From Nitrospinaceae bacterium (lineage in GTDB: Bacteria; Nitrospinota; Nitrospinia; Nitrospinales; VA-1), in assembly GCA_046754465.1 (NCBI GenBank), contig JBHHVU010000059.1:1-19279 (forward strand): a stretch of 19,279 nucleotides of DNA, written 5' to 3'. Shown piece after piece: positions 1-7,965 of this stretch. Each line of letters starts with the position of its first letter. Position 1 is the stretch's first letter. The translations under genes were made by a program, and so were the position numbers. The notes below the pieces were generated by a model that was not told the origin of the DNA, ran no database searches, and worked only from the letters and a program-made list of their open reading frames with translations.

Positions 1-65
1 CTGGAGGTATGCGCGGCGGGCGCGATGGACCGCAACACATCCACGTTGTTCTTGATGTCTTTCAT
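1..65 (-). CDS. 5' end of a phage protein following the major capsid gene, probably head decoration/cement (truncated by window edge)
   Basis: ATG at 65 with AAGGAG RBS upstream. Reads MKDIKNNVDVLRSIAPAAHTS and stays open to the edge. Resembles, from memory, N-termini of small genes found after HK97-type capsid genes. Not in the ORF track. Confidence 0.6.
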   Translation of the reverse strand, partial: MKDIKNNVDVLRSIAPAAHTS

Positions 66-89
66 TTTTATTTCTCCTTAGAAATTTTC

Positions 90-169
90 ACCGCGAAGGC
101 GCGAAGACCGCGGAGGCTTTTATTTTGTTTTTTGAATTCTTTCCTTTGCGTCCTCCGCGTCTTTGCGGT
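90..169. repeat. Imperfect intergenic inverted repeat (REP-like), 27-nt arms with 9-nt internal period
   Basis: Left arm ACCGCGAAGGCGCGAAGACCGCGGAGG (90-116) versus reverse complement of 143-169, ACCGCAAAGACGCGGAGGACGCAAAGG: 20/27 identical, mismatches mostly A/G. T-rich loop. Confidence 0.75.
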
Positions 170-182
170 TCAGGGTTTTGGT

Positions 183-1376
183 TTATGCGGCGGTTTTCTG
201 GATGACGAAGGACTCGAAATTGGTCACGTCGCCGCCGGTGCGTTTCGTGGTGTAAAACAGCACGAAAGGCTTGGAACTGAACGGGTCGCGCAGGACGCGG
301 ACGCCGACGCGGTCGACGATAGTGTAGGCCTGGCGCCAGTCGCCGAACGCGATCGAAAGCGAACCCGCCGCCACGGCAGGCATGTCCTCCATGCGGTCGA
401 TGGGATGGCCCAGCAGAGTCTGCGGTTCGCCCGCCTGCAGGGAGGGTTGCCACAGATACTGACCGGTGGAATCCTTGAGTTTGGAGATCGCCTCCACGGT
501 GGAGCGGCCCATGAGCCAGCGGGCATTGCTTGCGTAAGAACTCTTGAGGGCGTAGAACAGGGTCCTGAGTCCATCGGCGGTGATGACCGAGGCGCTGCCG
601 GAATTGATCTGTTGGACCTGGCCCGGATTCGTGGTGCCGGCGGGATAGGTGAGGATGCCGCGCGGCTGGCCGGACCCGCTCCCGTTGATGAAGGCCGTAT
701 TTTCCAGCCGTGACAATTTGTCCGCCACCTTGCCCGCGAGCCAGGACTCGACATCGATGCGGGCATCGTCAAGCAGGGTCTGGGTCGCCTTGGGCATGGC
801 GTAGAGTTCGTGGACGGGAATCCGGCGCATGCCGACGGGTGGCGTGCTGGTTTCAGAGCGCACACCGCGTTCAGCGGTCCACCCGGCATTGGCTTCGTTC
901 AGGTCATCGGGAATTTCCAGCGCATCGGCCGAGATGGTCTCGACCGTGGCGGCGCCGCGCAGGGGCGAGGTTTCGAACACCTTGGTGATGATCATCCCCG
1001 AAATGCCCGATGTGACCCAATAACCGCCTTCTGGATCGCTGTCCGCGGCGAGGAGTTTCATCTCGTCCGGGTTCATCGCCCCTTCGCCCTTCCTGATATA
1101 TTTGCCGACGGCGGCTCTCTTTTTTTCCGTGACCGGATCGGTCCTCTCCCGCATCGTTTCGAATCCGGGACGATTGAGTTGCGTCTCGATTTTCTCCAAT
1201 CCTTCCTTCACTTCGGAAAGATCCTGGATTTCCCTGGCGATGCGGTTCACCTGCTGTTCCAGGAGCGGATCCGCGTGTCCTTTTTTTTCCAGCTCGGCCA
1301 GACGCTGGTTGTTTTTAACTTTGTGTTCGAGGAAGGCGTGGTTCAACTCTTCCAAGATTGTTTTGATTTCCTTCAT
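183..1376 (-). CDS. HK97-family major capsid protein (RcGTA capsid-like)
   Basis: 397 aa. N-terminal coiled-coil delta-like domain, GGYWV, ELYAMPKATQTLLDD, AFINGSGSGQPRGIL, LKDSTGQYLW, FGDWRQAYTIVDR, LRDPFSSKPFVLFYTTKRTGG. CAGGAG RBS. Confidence 0.95.
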   Translation of the reverse strand: MKEIKTILEELNHAFLEHKVKNNQRLAELEKKGHADPLLEQQVNRIAREIQDLSEVKEGLEKIETQLNRPGFETMRERTDPVTEKKRAAVGKYIRKGEGAMNPDEMKLLAADSDPEGGYWVTSGISGMIITKVFETSPLRGAATVETISADALEIPDDLNEANAGWTAERGVRSETSTPPVGMRRIPVHELYAMPKATQTLLDDARIDVESWLAGKVADKLSRLENTAFINGSGSGQPRGILTYPAGTTNPGQVQQINSGSASVITADGLRTLFYALKSSYASNARWLMGRSTVEAISKLKDSTGQYLWQPSLQAGEPQTLLGHPIDRMEDMPAVAAGSLSIAFGDWRQAYTIVDRVGVRVLRDPFSSKPFVLFYTTKRTGGDVTNFESFVIQKTAA

Positions 1377-1408
1377 GTTGATTTCTCCTGTTTGGGATAC
1401 TTTCCACC

Positions 1409-1439
1409 AAAATCCCCGCGCCCACCCTTCCCCAAGGGG
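1409..1439 (+). repeat. Degenerate copy of the AAATCCCC..CCCTT..AAGGGG palindromic repeat
   Basis: AAAATCCCCGCGCCCACCCTTCCCCAAGGGG resembles the copies at 7197, 17971 (reverse) and 19247. Confidence 0.5.
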
Positions 1440-1502
1440 CTTCCGGCTTGGGCGGAGTCCTGTTGCTGGGGAGTGAGCAGGAAAGCCGTTGAGCTGGAAT
1501 TT

Positions 1503-2189
1503 TTAGGAAAGTCTGATAGTCGTTAAAAGTTTATTCATGGAGTCAAGAATGGACTCCATGGTGTCCGCGGAAGGACCCGCGACGTCGGCTCCCGGCACGT
1601 CGGAGTGGTAACCCGGCTCCGGGTGAAGGAGTGACCGAATATAGGTGAGGGCCTTGGCCGTGCGGCCCTTTTCCAGTCCAATCTCCCGTTGCAGGAACTG
1701 TTCGATGAGATCCTGCTTGGCCTTGATCGTGGTGATGCCGGCCTGGGTATTCATGGGAAACGTGACAATACTGTATTCGAAAAGTTGAACTTCCTTAAGA
1801 TGGCGGACCAGGGGATTCTGCCGGTCCGGTCCTTCCTTGACAGTCCGGAACCCGATGGAGAGTCCGGTGCGCCCGCCCACCTGGACGGCCATTTTCATGA
1901 GAGAATGCCTCTCCCTCGCGGCGCGGACATTGAGGTCGAGAAGGCCGCGGACAAGCAAACCCCGGTCGTCTTCCCGGGCCTCCAAGTTCCAGCCGATCTG
2001 GCGGGTAGGATCGTGATGATCGAGAACGGGGACCTTGCCGCGTGATTCTCTCAGCGTCTTTTTGAATGCTCCCGGATCGACAACATCCCCGCCCAGATCG
2101 ATCTCGCCGAAGGTGGAGGCGTAACCGGTGAACTCGCCAGACTCCGCGACCCGGCTCATTTTAAATGGGAAGGATTTAAATTCTTTCAT
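1503..2189 (-). CDS. HK97-family prohead (head maturation) protease
   Basis: 228 aa. FTGYASTFGEIDLGGDVVDPGAF, catalytic-region motifs VLDHHD and GLSIGF, LFEYSIVTFPMN. GGAGG RBS. Lies between portal and capsid. Confidence 0.95.
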   Translation of the reverse strand: MKEFKSFPFKMSRVAESGEFTGYASTFGEIDLGGDVVDPGAFKKTLRESRGKVPVLDHHDPTRQIGWNLEAREDDRGLLVRGLLDLNVRAARERHSLMKMAVQVGGRTGLSIGFRTVKEGPDRQNPLVRHLKEVQLFEYSIVTFPMNTQAGITTIKAKQDLIEQFLQREIGLEKGRTAKALTYIRSLLHPEPGYHSDVPGADVAGPSADTMESILDSMNKLLTTIRLS

Positions 2190-2246
2190 GGACAGGTCCT
2201 CCTCCGGCCGATGGCGTCCATCCTCCGGCTTTTGTTATGAAACAGT

Positions 2247-3530
2247 TTACTGATGGGCGAATTGACTTCCTGGCCGGGAGGGATGAGAGCCCGGCCCGGT
2301 TCCCGGGTCGTTGAAGGTCCGCCGGCTGGGCGGCGGGGCCAGGACATCGCCGCCGGGGAGGTCGCCGTAACCCACCAGGCGCCGTTTTTCATTGACCGTC
2401 AGGAATTGAGTTTGATTGGCCCGCTTCCACAAGGATTCCTGGTCCTCCGCCAGGGCTTCGATCTTATCCTTGTCATAATCCAGGAAAAGCTCCTTGCCAA
2501 ACCGGGGGGTCAGCCAGCAATTGAAAGCGTCGCGCACCCGGTTGAGGGCGGGGCAAACGACCTCGGTGTAAAGGGCTTTTCTCGCCTCGCGGCGGTTTTG
2601 GTAAGTCGCGGGTTGCAGTCCGATGAGCTCGGGCGGAATATTATAGATTTGGGCGATCTGCAGAGCGCTTAACTTGATCCCTTCGATCCAGTCCATGTCC
2701 TTCGGGGAGATACTGAGTTCCTTCCAATCCAGGTCCTGTTCGAGGAGCAACGGTTCGCGGGCGTTTTTCACTCCTTGAATTTGCTCGCGCATTTCCGTTT
2801 TCAGCCGTTCGAATTGCTGGTCGGTCAGCCGCTCCCGGGCAACCAGGGCTCCCGAGGGGACCGCCGAATTGCGCAAGAGGGCGGCATTCCACTTATCTCC
2901 CGCGTTCATCTTGTCGATAGCCAGGGCCGCGACCTGGATGGGGGACAACCCGTACCAGTCGTCCAAGGGATGAAACAGTTTCAGGTGCAGCACCCGGTCC
3001 CTGGGCAGCCGGACGGTCTGTCCCGCGACACGATATTCATAGCCCTCAACCAGGGTCACCGGGTGCGGCAGAATGCGGACCCGGTCGGGCCGCAGCACGT
3101 AGATTTCGCGCGGCGGGGGTTCCTCCCCCAACCGGTCCCGGGCGGGATGGGGGGGTGGACCCGCCCCAACCCATTCCAGAAAGGTGTTGCCGGAAAGATA
3201 AAGATAAGCGATCAACGCCTCGAAGAACTCGAACTTCCCCTGCAGGGGATTGGGCCGCTGGAGTAAATCGAGTACGGGATGGATGGGGATCTCACCACGC
3301 CCGCCATCAGGCAGGTTGCGGAAAAGAACCCAGCGGACCCCGGCGGCGGCCTCGGCAATTTCCTTGACGCAGGCATGAACCACGCTGTTTTCCCGGTAGC
3401 CTTCCCGCGCCAGGGAGGCGTAATCGGTATTGGGCGAAATTCCCTGCTTGAGAGGCAGAAACAGGGTGAGCGCGCGGGTCACGGCGCTTTGTTTGCCACC
3501 CATGCGTTTGAGCCAGTTGACAAATTTCAT
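2247..3530 (-). CDS. HK97-family portal protein (RcGTA portal-like)
   Basis: NSVVHACVKEIAEAAA, LLQRPNPLQ, LRPDRV, VLHLKLFHPLDDWYGLSP, IAQIYNIPPELIG, FLTVNEKRRLVGY. Start placed at ATG 3530 (AAAGGA RBS). The ORF-track extension to 3578 runs into a repeat. Confidence 0.93.
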   Translation of the reverse strand: MKFVNWLKRMGGKQSAVTRALTLFLPLKQGISPNTDYASLAREGYRENSVVHACVKEIAEAAAGVRWVLFRNLPDGGRGEIPIHPVLDLLQRPNPLQGKFEFFEALIAYLYLSGNTFLEWVGAGPPPHPARDRLGEEPPPREIYVLRPDRVRILPHPVTLVEGYEYRVAGQTVRLPRDRVLHLKLFHPLDDWYGLSPIQVAALAIDKMNAGDKWNAALLRNSAVPSGALVARERLTDQQFERLKTEMREQIQGVKNAREPLLLEQDLDWKELSISPKDMDWIEGIKLSALQIAQIYNIPPELIGLQPATYQNRREARKALYTEVVCPALNRVRDAFNCWLTPRFGKELFLDYDKDKIEALAEDQESLWKRANQTQFLTVNEKRRLVGYGDLPGGDVLAPPPSRRTFNDPGTGPGSHPSRPGSQFAHQ

Positions 3531-3549
3531 ACGGAGTTCCTTTGTTGGC

Positions 3550-3747
3550 AATTTGACATGCGCTATATGCCAAACCATTGTGGGTTGGCGATGATGCTTT
3601 GGCCCATCCCCCTCCGGGCGTGGCCCGGCCTATCTCCCTCCCCCGTGGGGGGCGGCGAACCGCCGCAGGTAATTTGTCATACTTTATATGGCGGACCAAG
3701 GTGAGCTGGCGATGATGCTATGACCTATCTCCCTCCCCCGTGGGGGG
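3550..3747. repeat. Degenerate tandem duplication of an intergenic repeat (copies start at 3550 and 3671)
   Basis: AATTTGACATGCGCTATATGCCAAACCATTGTGGGTTGGCGATGATGCT aligns without gaps to AATTTGTCATACTTTATATGGCGGACCAAGGTGAGCTGGCGATGATGCT. Both copies continue to CCTATCTCCCTCCCCCGTGGGGGG (3629 and 3724). Copy 1 has an extra CCGGGC-GTG-GCCCGG hairpin. Confidence 0.85.
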
Positions 3748-3755
3748 GGGCCACA

Positions 3756-4319
3756 TCATGGGCTCCTTCTCAAGTTCAGGCGGACCCTTTCATCCTCGAT
3801 CATGCGGGCGAACCGGCGGGCGGTGTTTCGATCCGGAACCAAGCCGCCGTTGATATGGAATTCGATGTGGTCCCCGCCGCCCAATCGGCCTTGGCGGAAG
3901 AGCCCCGCTTCGCGCCGGGGAAGAACCGCCTCCCCCTCATGAATTCCCGCGATCATGTCGCGAGGCACGAACCGGATTCCCCCGGCAAAAGACGGCAGCG
4001 GCGGCGCGTTGAAAATCGACGTCCGCGACCGGCCGAACTGCGGTTCCAGGTTGAGTCCTTCCGATCCGGAGTTCCCGCCGGACAGGGGTCTCAGGCTCCC
4101 AGCGGGTTTGGACAGACGCTCCACCTCCTTCATGAGATCAAAAGCCGCTTTTTGCGCGGCACGGATTTTTTGAAACGCAGCAACTCCCGAAGCGGATACG
4201 GCTTTGAACGCCGCATCGCCGTTTTTCCGAAACACTTCAAAGGCCTTTTGGGAAGGCCCCGTGAACCGGTCCACGAAACCGGCAACGATCCTCGCTTCCA
4301 CCGTGGTTGCGATAGCCAT
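3756..4319 (-). CDS. Phage protein resembling fused N- and C-terminal ends of a tail tape measure protein
   Basis: 187 aa, GAGGG RBS. N-terminal IVAGFVDRFTGP plus Ala-rich helix. C-terminal PSFAGGIRFVPRDMIAGIHEGEAVLP...GGGDHIEFHING is typical of tape-measure C-termini. Confidence 0.6.
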   Translation of the reverse strand: MAIATTVEARIVAGFVDRFTGPSQKAFEVFRKNGDAAFKAVSASGVAAFQKIRAAQKAAFDLMKEVERLSKPAGSLRPLSGGNSGSEGLNLEPQFGRSRTSIFNAPPLPSFAGGIRFVPRDMIAGIHEGEAVLPRREAGLFRQGRLGGGDHIEFHINGGLVPDRNTARRFARMIEDERVRLNLRRSP

Positions 4320-4427
4320 GGTTTTTCCCTCACACGATCCGTCCCCCCGGTGGGTACTCCCAAGGGAGAGGGATTGATAAAATCTCCCTGATCTTGCCCG
4401 GAATTAGTGGACACACAGTTAAGCGGC

Positions 4428-6044
4428 CTAAGCCCCGGGCGCGGCCGGAGTGATGCGCCGGATGCGGGGTCCGTTGCCACCGGCAGCCGCCAGGCTGAAC
4501 AGCATCTCCAGGGCGTCGGGTCCGTCATCGTGTTCGGCCTTGGGGAAATATTTGAGCTGATCCAGCAAGATGCGGTCGGCGCGCCTAAAACGGATGAATC
4601 CGTTTTTGATGTGGGGTTGCAGTTTGGAAACGCGCAGGGTCTTGTCGGAATTGGGGCGAACCCCTTCCACGGCAAGATAGATGCCGCGCCGGGCGCCTTC
4701 CTTGAGAACCTGATCCTTGAACAATTCCTGGAACTGCACCTCTTCAATGGCAACCCGGGCGAATTCATACTGCTCGTGATAACGGAACAGGTCTTCCATG
4801 ATGGCGTCGGGATGACGTTTCCGGATATCCGCTTCCAGCACGTCCAGGATGCCGTCGGGCCGAAGGGCTCCGATGAGGATCGCCGAGGGATCGGCGTGGC
4901 TGCCCGCCTTTCCCATGGAAGGATCGACCGCGCAGTAAATTTCCTTGTACCCGCCGTCCGACAGGTTTCGAAAGACGGTTTCCTCATCCAGAATCCGGAA
5001 CCATTCCTCGGGAAACATACAGTCGTCGGGATTGATGGGTTCGTTCTGTTTTTCCGAGTCGAAGAAGGCAGGTCCGTCGGAGACGCGCATCTTCATGAGG
5101 TAGTAATAATTCTCGGCTTCCGGCCAGAGCACCTCGGTCCCTTCCAGCAAGCTTTCCCGGTGAGCGGCGAAAAACTCATCGGCCGCCTCTTCCCCGTCGC
5201 TGGTGAAGACCGATTCCCATGGCTGCCAAAACGGCGAGGTGGACCACCGGATCACCGCCCGCCACTTTTTCCCGTTCCATCCCGGTTGTTTCAGAAGCCG
5301 GGCGAGCAGGGAATCGTAATGCAGAATGGTCCCGATCACGATATAAACTGTGTCCCGGGAACCGATTTTCATGACCGCCTTGAAAAACCATTTGCGGTCT
5401 TTTTCTCTTTGTTTGGGAGAATCGATGTTTTCGTCGTCTTCCAGATCGTCGCAAATGACGAGGTCCGGGCGCCGGCTGCCAAATCGGGCGCCGCGCAGGC
5501 GTTTCCGTTTGCCCCAGCAGGTGACCTTGACGCCGTTGCGGGTCTGGATTTTTCCGATTTTCCAGGTGCGGCCCGCGCCGCAGGCGTCGGGGAAATCCTC
5601 CCGCAACCTCTGGTTGACCTCCAGTTCCGCCTTAATGGACTCCAGAAACTCTTCGGCCTGCTCGGTGGTGTCGGAAATCACGCCGATGAACCGGCGGTGG
5701 CGTCCCGCGATACACCAGAGCGGCAGAATCAGCGTGGCGAGGGTGGATTTGGCGTGACCGCGGGGAGCCGCCTGTGCTTCCCGGGCGCCCCTTCCGGCCA
5801 ATTCCGCGCGCCGAATCACCTCCTGGAAATTTTTGTAAAGTTCCTCGTGCATGGGGGAGGGTTTGTCGGTCAAATGATGGGGGAAATAAGTTTTAGCGAA
5901 ATACATCAGTTCGGCGACGGCTCTTTCTTTCCGGGCTTTCTTCGCGCCGGGAGAAGTTTGGCCGAACGGGGCGTTTGCTTTTGAGAGGAAGTTACGGATT
6001 TCATCGTAACTTTTACCCAATCTGGCATTTTTGGATCCCGCCAT
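4428..6044 (-). CDS. terL: Phage terminase large subunit
   Basis: 538 aa. Walker A-like AAPRGHAKST, Walker B LVICDDLED, IGT coupling motif, nuclease motifs AVDPS and HDDGPDA. Confidence 0.93.
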   Translation of the reverse strand: MAGSKNARLGKSYDEIRNFLSKANAPFGQTSPGAKKARKERAVAELMYFAKTYFPHHLTDKPSPMHEELYKNFQEVIRRAELAGRGAREAQAAPRGHAKSTLATLILPLWCIAGRHRRFIGVISDTTEQAEEFLESIKAELEVNQRLREDFPDACGAGRTWKIGKIQTRNGVKVTCWGKRKRLRGARFGSRRPDLVICDDLEDDENIDSPKQREKDRKWFFKAVMKIGSRDTVYIVIGTILHYDSLLARLLKQPGWNGKKWRAVIRWSTSPFWQPWESVFTSDGEEAADEFFAAHRESLLEGTEVLWPEAENYYYLMKMRVSDGPAFFDSEKQNEPINPDDCMFPEEWFRILDEETVFRNLSDGGYKEIYCAVDPSMGKAGSHADPSAILIGALRPDGILDVLEADIRKRHPDAIMEDLFRYHEQYEFARVAIEEVQFQELFKDQVLKEGARRGIYLAVEGVRPNSDKTLRVSKLQPHIKNGFIRFRRADRILLDQLKYFPKAEHDDGPDALEMLFSLAAAGGNGPRIRRITPAAPGA

Positions 6045-6379
6045 GTCTCCCTTATTTTTTCACCGATTTCTTCCAGGTGCCGGCCCACGACCTCCGCCGC
6101 CCCGGTCTCCCCTTTTTCCATCAAGGTGAGAACAACGTTCCTGAGAGCAAGGATAAGAAGAGATTCGGGATCAAGCGCCCGGACCTGGAGGAGGGTTTTA
6201 TGAATATCCAGGATCGATTTGACATAAGAGCAAAGCGTCTTATGGGCCTGGAGGTTTTCCGGAGAGGCCGTTAAAATTTCCTGGAGTTTGTTTTTAAACG
6301 TCGCGACCCCTTGAAGGAGTTCCCGCAGGGCCTCCTCTGTCAGGGCCTCGTCACTTGATGGTATTTGGGTCCTTGGCAT
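5906..6379 (-). CDS. Helical phage protein, probable terminase small subunit
   Basis: Alpha-helical protein immediately upstream of terL. ATG at 6379 overlaps the end of the previous gene. The 3' end overlaps terL by 139 nt. Function assigned by position only. Confidence 0.5.
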   Translation of the reverse strand: MPRTQIPSSDEALTEEALRELLQGVATFKNKLQEILTASPENLQAHKTLCSYVKSILDIHKTLLQVRALDPESLLILALRNVVLTLMEKGETGAAEVVGRHLEEIGEKIRETWRDPKMPDWVKVTMKSVTSSQKQTPRSAKLLPARRKPGKKEPSPN

Positions 6380-6707
6380 GGATCGCCCCAATGATTTGGT
6401 TGACCGATTTGCTCAGTTCGTTTAATTGATCAAAGATTCTGCTGACCAGGCCTTCCATTTTTCCGACCGCCAGATAAAAAGCTTCCTTGTTGACACATTG
6501 TTCCAGGACGTACTTTTGATCAGCCCGCCGGCCCCTCTCCAGTTCCCTGATTTCCAGTCCCTGTTCCCTGATCTTCTTTTTCAGTTCCTTGAACTCCCTG
6601 GCGTTTTGGTGGAACATCCATTTGAGAAACCAGCCGATCAGCCCCACGACGATGGCCAGGGAGAAGGTGAGGTAAGGCGTGACGGTCTTTAGAAGCTCAA
6701 GTGTCAT
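6351..6707 (-). CDS. Single-TM coiled-coil phage membrane protein (positionally like Mu gp25/DUF2730)
   Basis: 118 aa. TM segment YLTFSLAIVVGLIGWFLKWMF followed by coiled coil. GGAGG RBS. ATGA overlap with the upstream gene. Confidence 0.65.
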   Translation of the reverse strand: MTLELLKTVTPYLTFSLAIVVGLIGWFLKWMFHQNAREFKELKKKIREQGLEIRELERGRRADQKYVLEQCVNKEAFYLAVGKMEGLVSRIFDQLNELSKSVNQIIGAIHAKDPNTIK

Positions 6708-7114
6708 GGAGTTTCCTCCAGCGCGGCCGGCATCCCGGAGTCCGGGACCCGGAAAGTTTTCAGGATAATTCCTTCCTTTTCCACCAGGTAATATCCGTCA
6801 CGAGGCACGAGCATGAGGCGGTGATCGGGATCGATGCAGGCCGGCCCCCGGGGAATCATTTCAACCAATGACCGGGCGACCCAATAATCGGCCCGGCCGT
6901 CTCCGTCGCGGTCGTATTGGAAAATAACCTGGCGGGTGGGAAGGAGGTCAATCGAGTTCGCTTTCGACAAGGGCGGTTCCCCCGCTATGCCCCATTGGAT
7001 GGGGGCGGCCAGATCCCGTGGCCAGGCGCGGGGGATGAGGACCAGAACCAGCCAGAAGCACAGGGTGAAGATCACCGCCGAGCCTTTGGGCATGCGCGGG
7101 ACTTGATCCATCAT
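6704..7114 (-). CDS. Hypothetical exported/membrane-anchored protein with a DxDxDG motif
   Basis: AAGGAG before ATGATG at 7114/7111 (ORF track starts at 7162). Hydrophobic segment AVIFTLCFWLVLVLIP. YDRDGDGRADYW loop. Stop overlaps the next ATG. Confidence 0.65.
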   Translation of the reverse strand: MMDQVPRMPKGSAVIFTLCFWLVLVLIPRAWPRDLAAPIQWGIAGEPPLSKANSIDLLPTRQVIFQYDRDGDGRADYWVARSLVEMIPRGPACIDPDHRLMLVPRDGYYLVEKEGIILKTFRVPDSGMPAALEETP

Positions 7115-7178
7115 GGACTCCTTTTCCCCGGCCGGAAGGATTCCGAAAGGTCTTCGGGGCATTGTTTGTTTATCTTTC

Positions 7179-7325
7179 AGACAGGATTGACAGGATGATT
7201 AAATCCCCCGGACCCCTTTATGAAAAGGGGGAGAGTTTATTGCTCTCTTTAAAAAGGGAGAGAGAAAAATCAATTTTCTTTTCTTATCTACTTCCGGGCG
7301 TTGCCCGGTCCTGTTGATCCGATCT
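7179..7325. repeat. Composite intergenic repeat: outer ACAGGAT-type inverted repeat enclosing a TCCCCC..CCCCTTT..AAAGGGG element and a CCGGGC hairpin
   Basis: AGACAGGATTGACAGGAT (7179-7196) versus reverse complement of 7308-7325, AGATCGGATCAACAGGAC. GATTAAATCCCCCGGACCCCTTTATGAAAAGGGGGA starts at 7197. CCGGGC-GTT-GCCCGG at 7294-7308. Confidence 0.75.
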
Positions 7326-7647
7326 AATTTTTACAGGGTGTTCCATTGATTGTTTCGATCACGCAGCGGTGCTTTTTGTTGACCGCATGGAGGCGGATGA
7401 CGTAGGCGCGAAGGGCTTGGTAGTCCGCGTTGTCGAGGCAGCGACCGCCCTTGCCAGTGCGCCGCCAATGGATATCCGGGAATTTTCCGGCGTCCCATGT
7501 GGGGTAAGCGGTCCCGGACGAATCAATCGCGGCGCACCCAGGGGCGGTCAATAGCGCGAGGGTCACGGCCATCGTCGCCAGCACCTTCGTTAAGCTGTTC
7601 CAACATTTCCCGGTCCACCCGCCGGTCCATTTGGTTGATATCTTCAT
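7324..7647 (-). CDS. Putative outer-membrane spanin (Rz1-like lipoprotein)
   Basis: Hydrophobic stretch ending in lipobox-like TAPG-C, short Cys-containing mature part. 5' end overlaps the i-spanin gene in another frame. The start may be ATG 7572 instead. Confidence 0.6.
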   Translation of the reverse strand: MKISTKWTGGWTGKCWNSLTKVLATMAVTLALLTAPGCAAIDSSGTAYPTWDAGKFPDIHWRRTGKGGRCLDNADYQALRAYVIRLHAVNKKHRCVIETINGTPCKN

Positions 7648-7780
7648 AATTTTTTTCAGCGCGGATTTTTTGGTCCAGGCGTTCCCGGGCGCGTCCGGCG
7701 CTCCGTTCGCTGCGTATGATGAGCCAGACGATCATGGCGGCCACGGCGACCGCCGACGTCGTGATCGCGGTCAGGCTCAC
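7523..7780 (-). CDS. Putative inner-membrane spanin (Rz-like)
   Basis: 85 aa. N-terminal TM then charged coiled coil. GTG start overlaps the holin stop (GTGA). Follows endolysin and holin. Confidence 0.65.
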   Translation of the reverse strand: MSLTAITTSAVAVAAMIVWLIIRSERSAGRARERLDQKIRAEKNYEDINQMDRRVDREMLEQLNEGAGDDGRDPRAIDRPWVRRD

Positions 7781-7965
7781 GGTTCCGGAACCTTCTTAAC
7801 GCCAGCGCGCAAGGCGCCCAGCCCGAGTCCGTTGAGGATCACCATCATATCGGGTGACATGAAAAACTCGGGGATGCTCATTTCACCGGCAACCATCTTG
7901 ATGACGCCAATCAGCGCCATGAGCGCGGCGATGATGTAGGTTTTCTTGCCTCGAAGCCAAGTCAT
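7777..7965 (-). CDS. Putative holin (small two-TM protein)
   Basis: 62 aa. LRGKKTYIIAAL...GLGLGALRAGVKK, two hydrophobic segments and a basic tail. ATGA overlap with the endolysin, GAGGAG RBS. Confidence 0.7.
   Translation of the reverse strand: MTWLRGKKTYIIAALMALIGVIKMVAGEMSIPEFFMSPDMMVILNGLGLGALRAGVKKVPEP

Noticed and set aside
183..1376. Encapsulin nanocompartment
   Set aside because: The adjacent portal, protease and terminase and the delta-like N-terminus indicate a DNA-packaging capsid.
3550..3747. Possible CRISPR array
   Set aside because: Only two degenerate copies, the would-be spacers are themselves homologous, and there are no cas genes.
4407..5984. 525-aa plus-strand ORF
   Set aside because: Antisense shadow of terL with no recognisable motifs. 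Such open frames are common opposite GC-rich genes.
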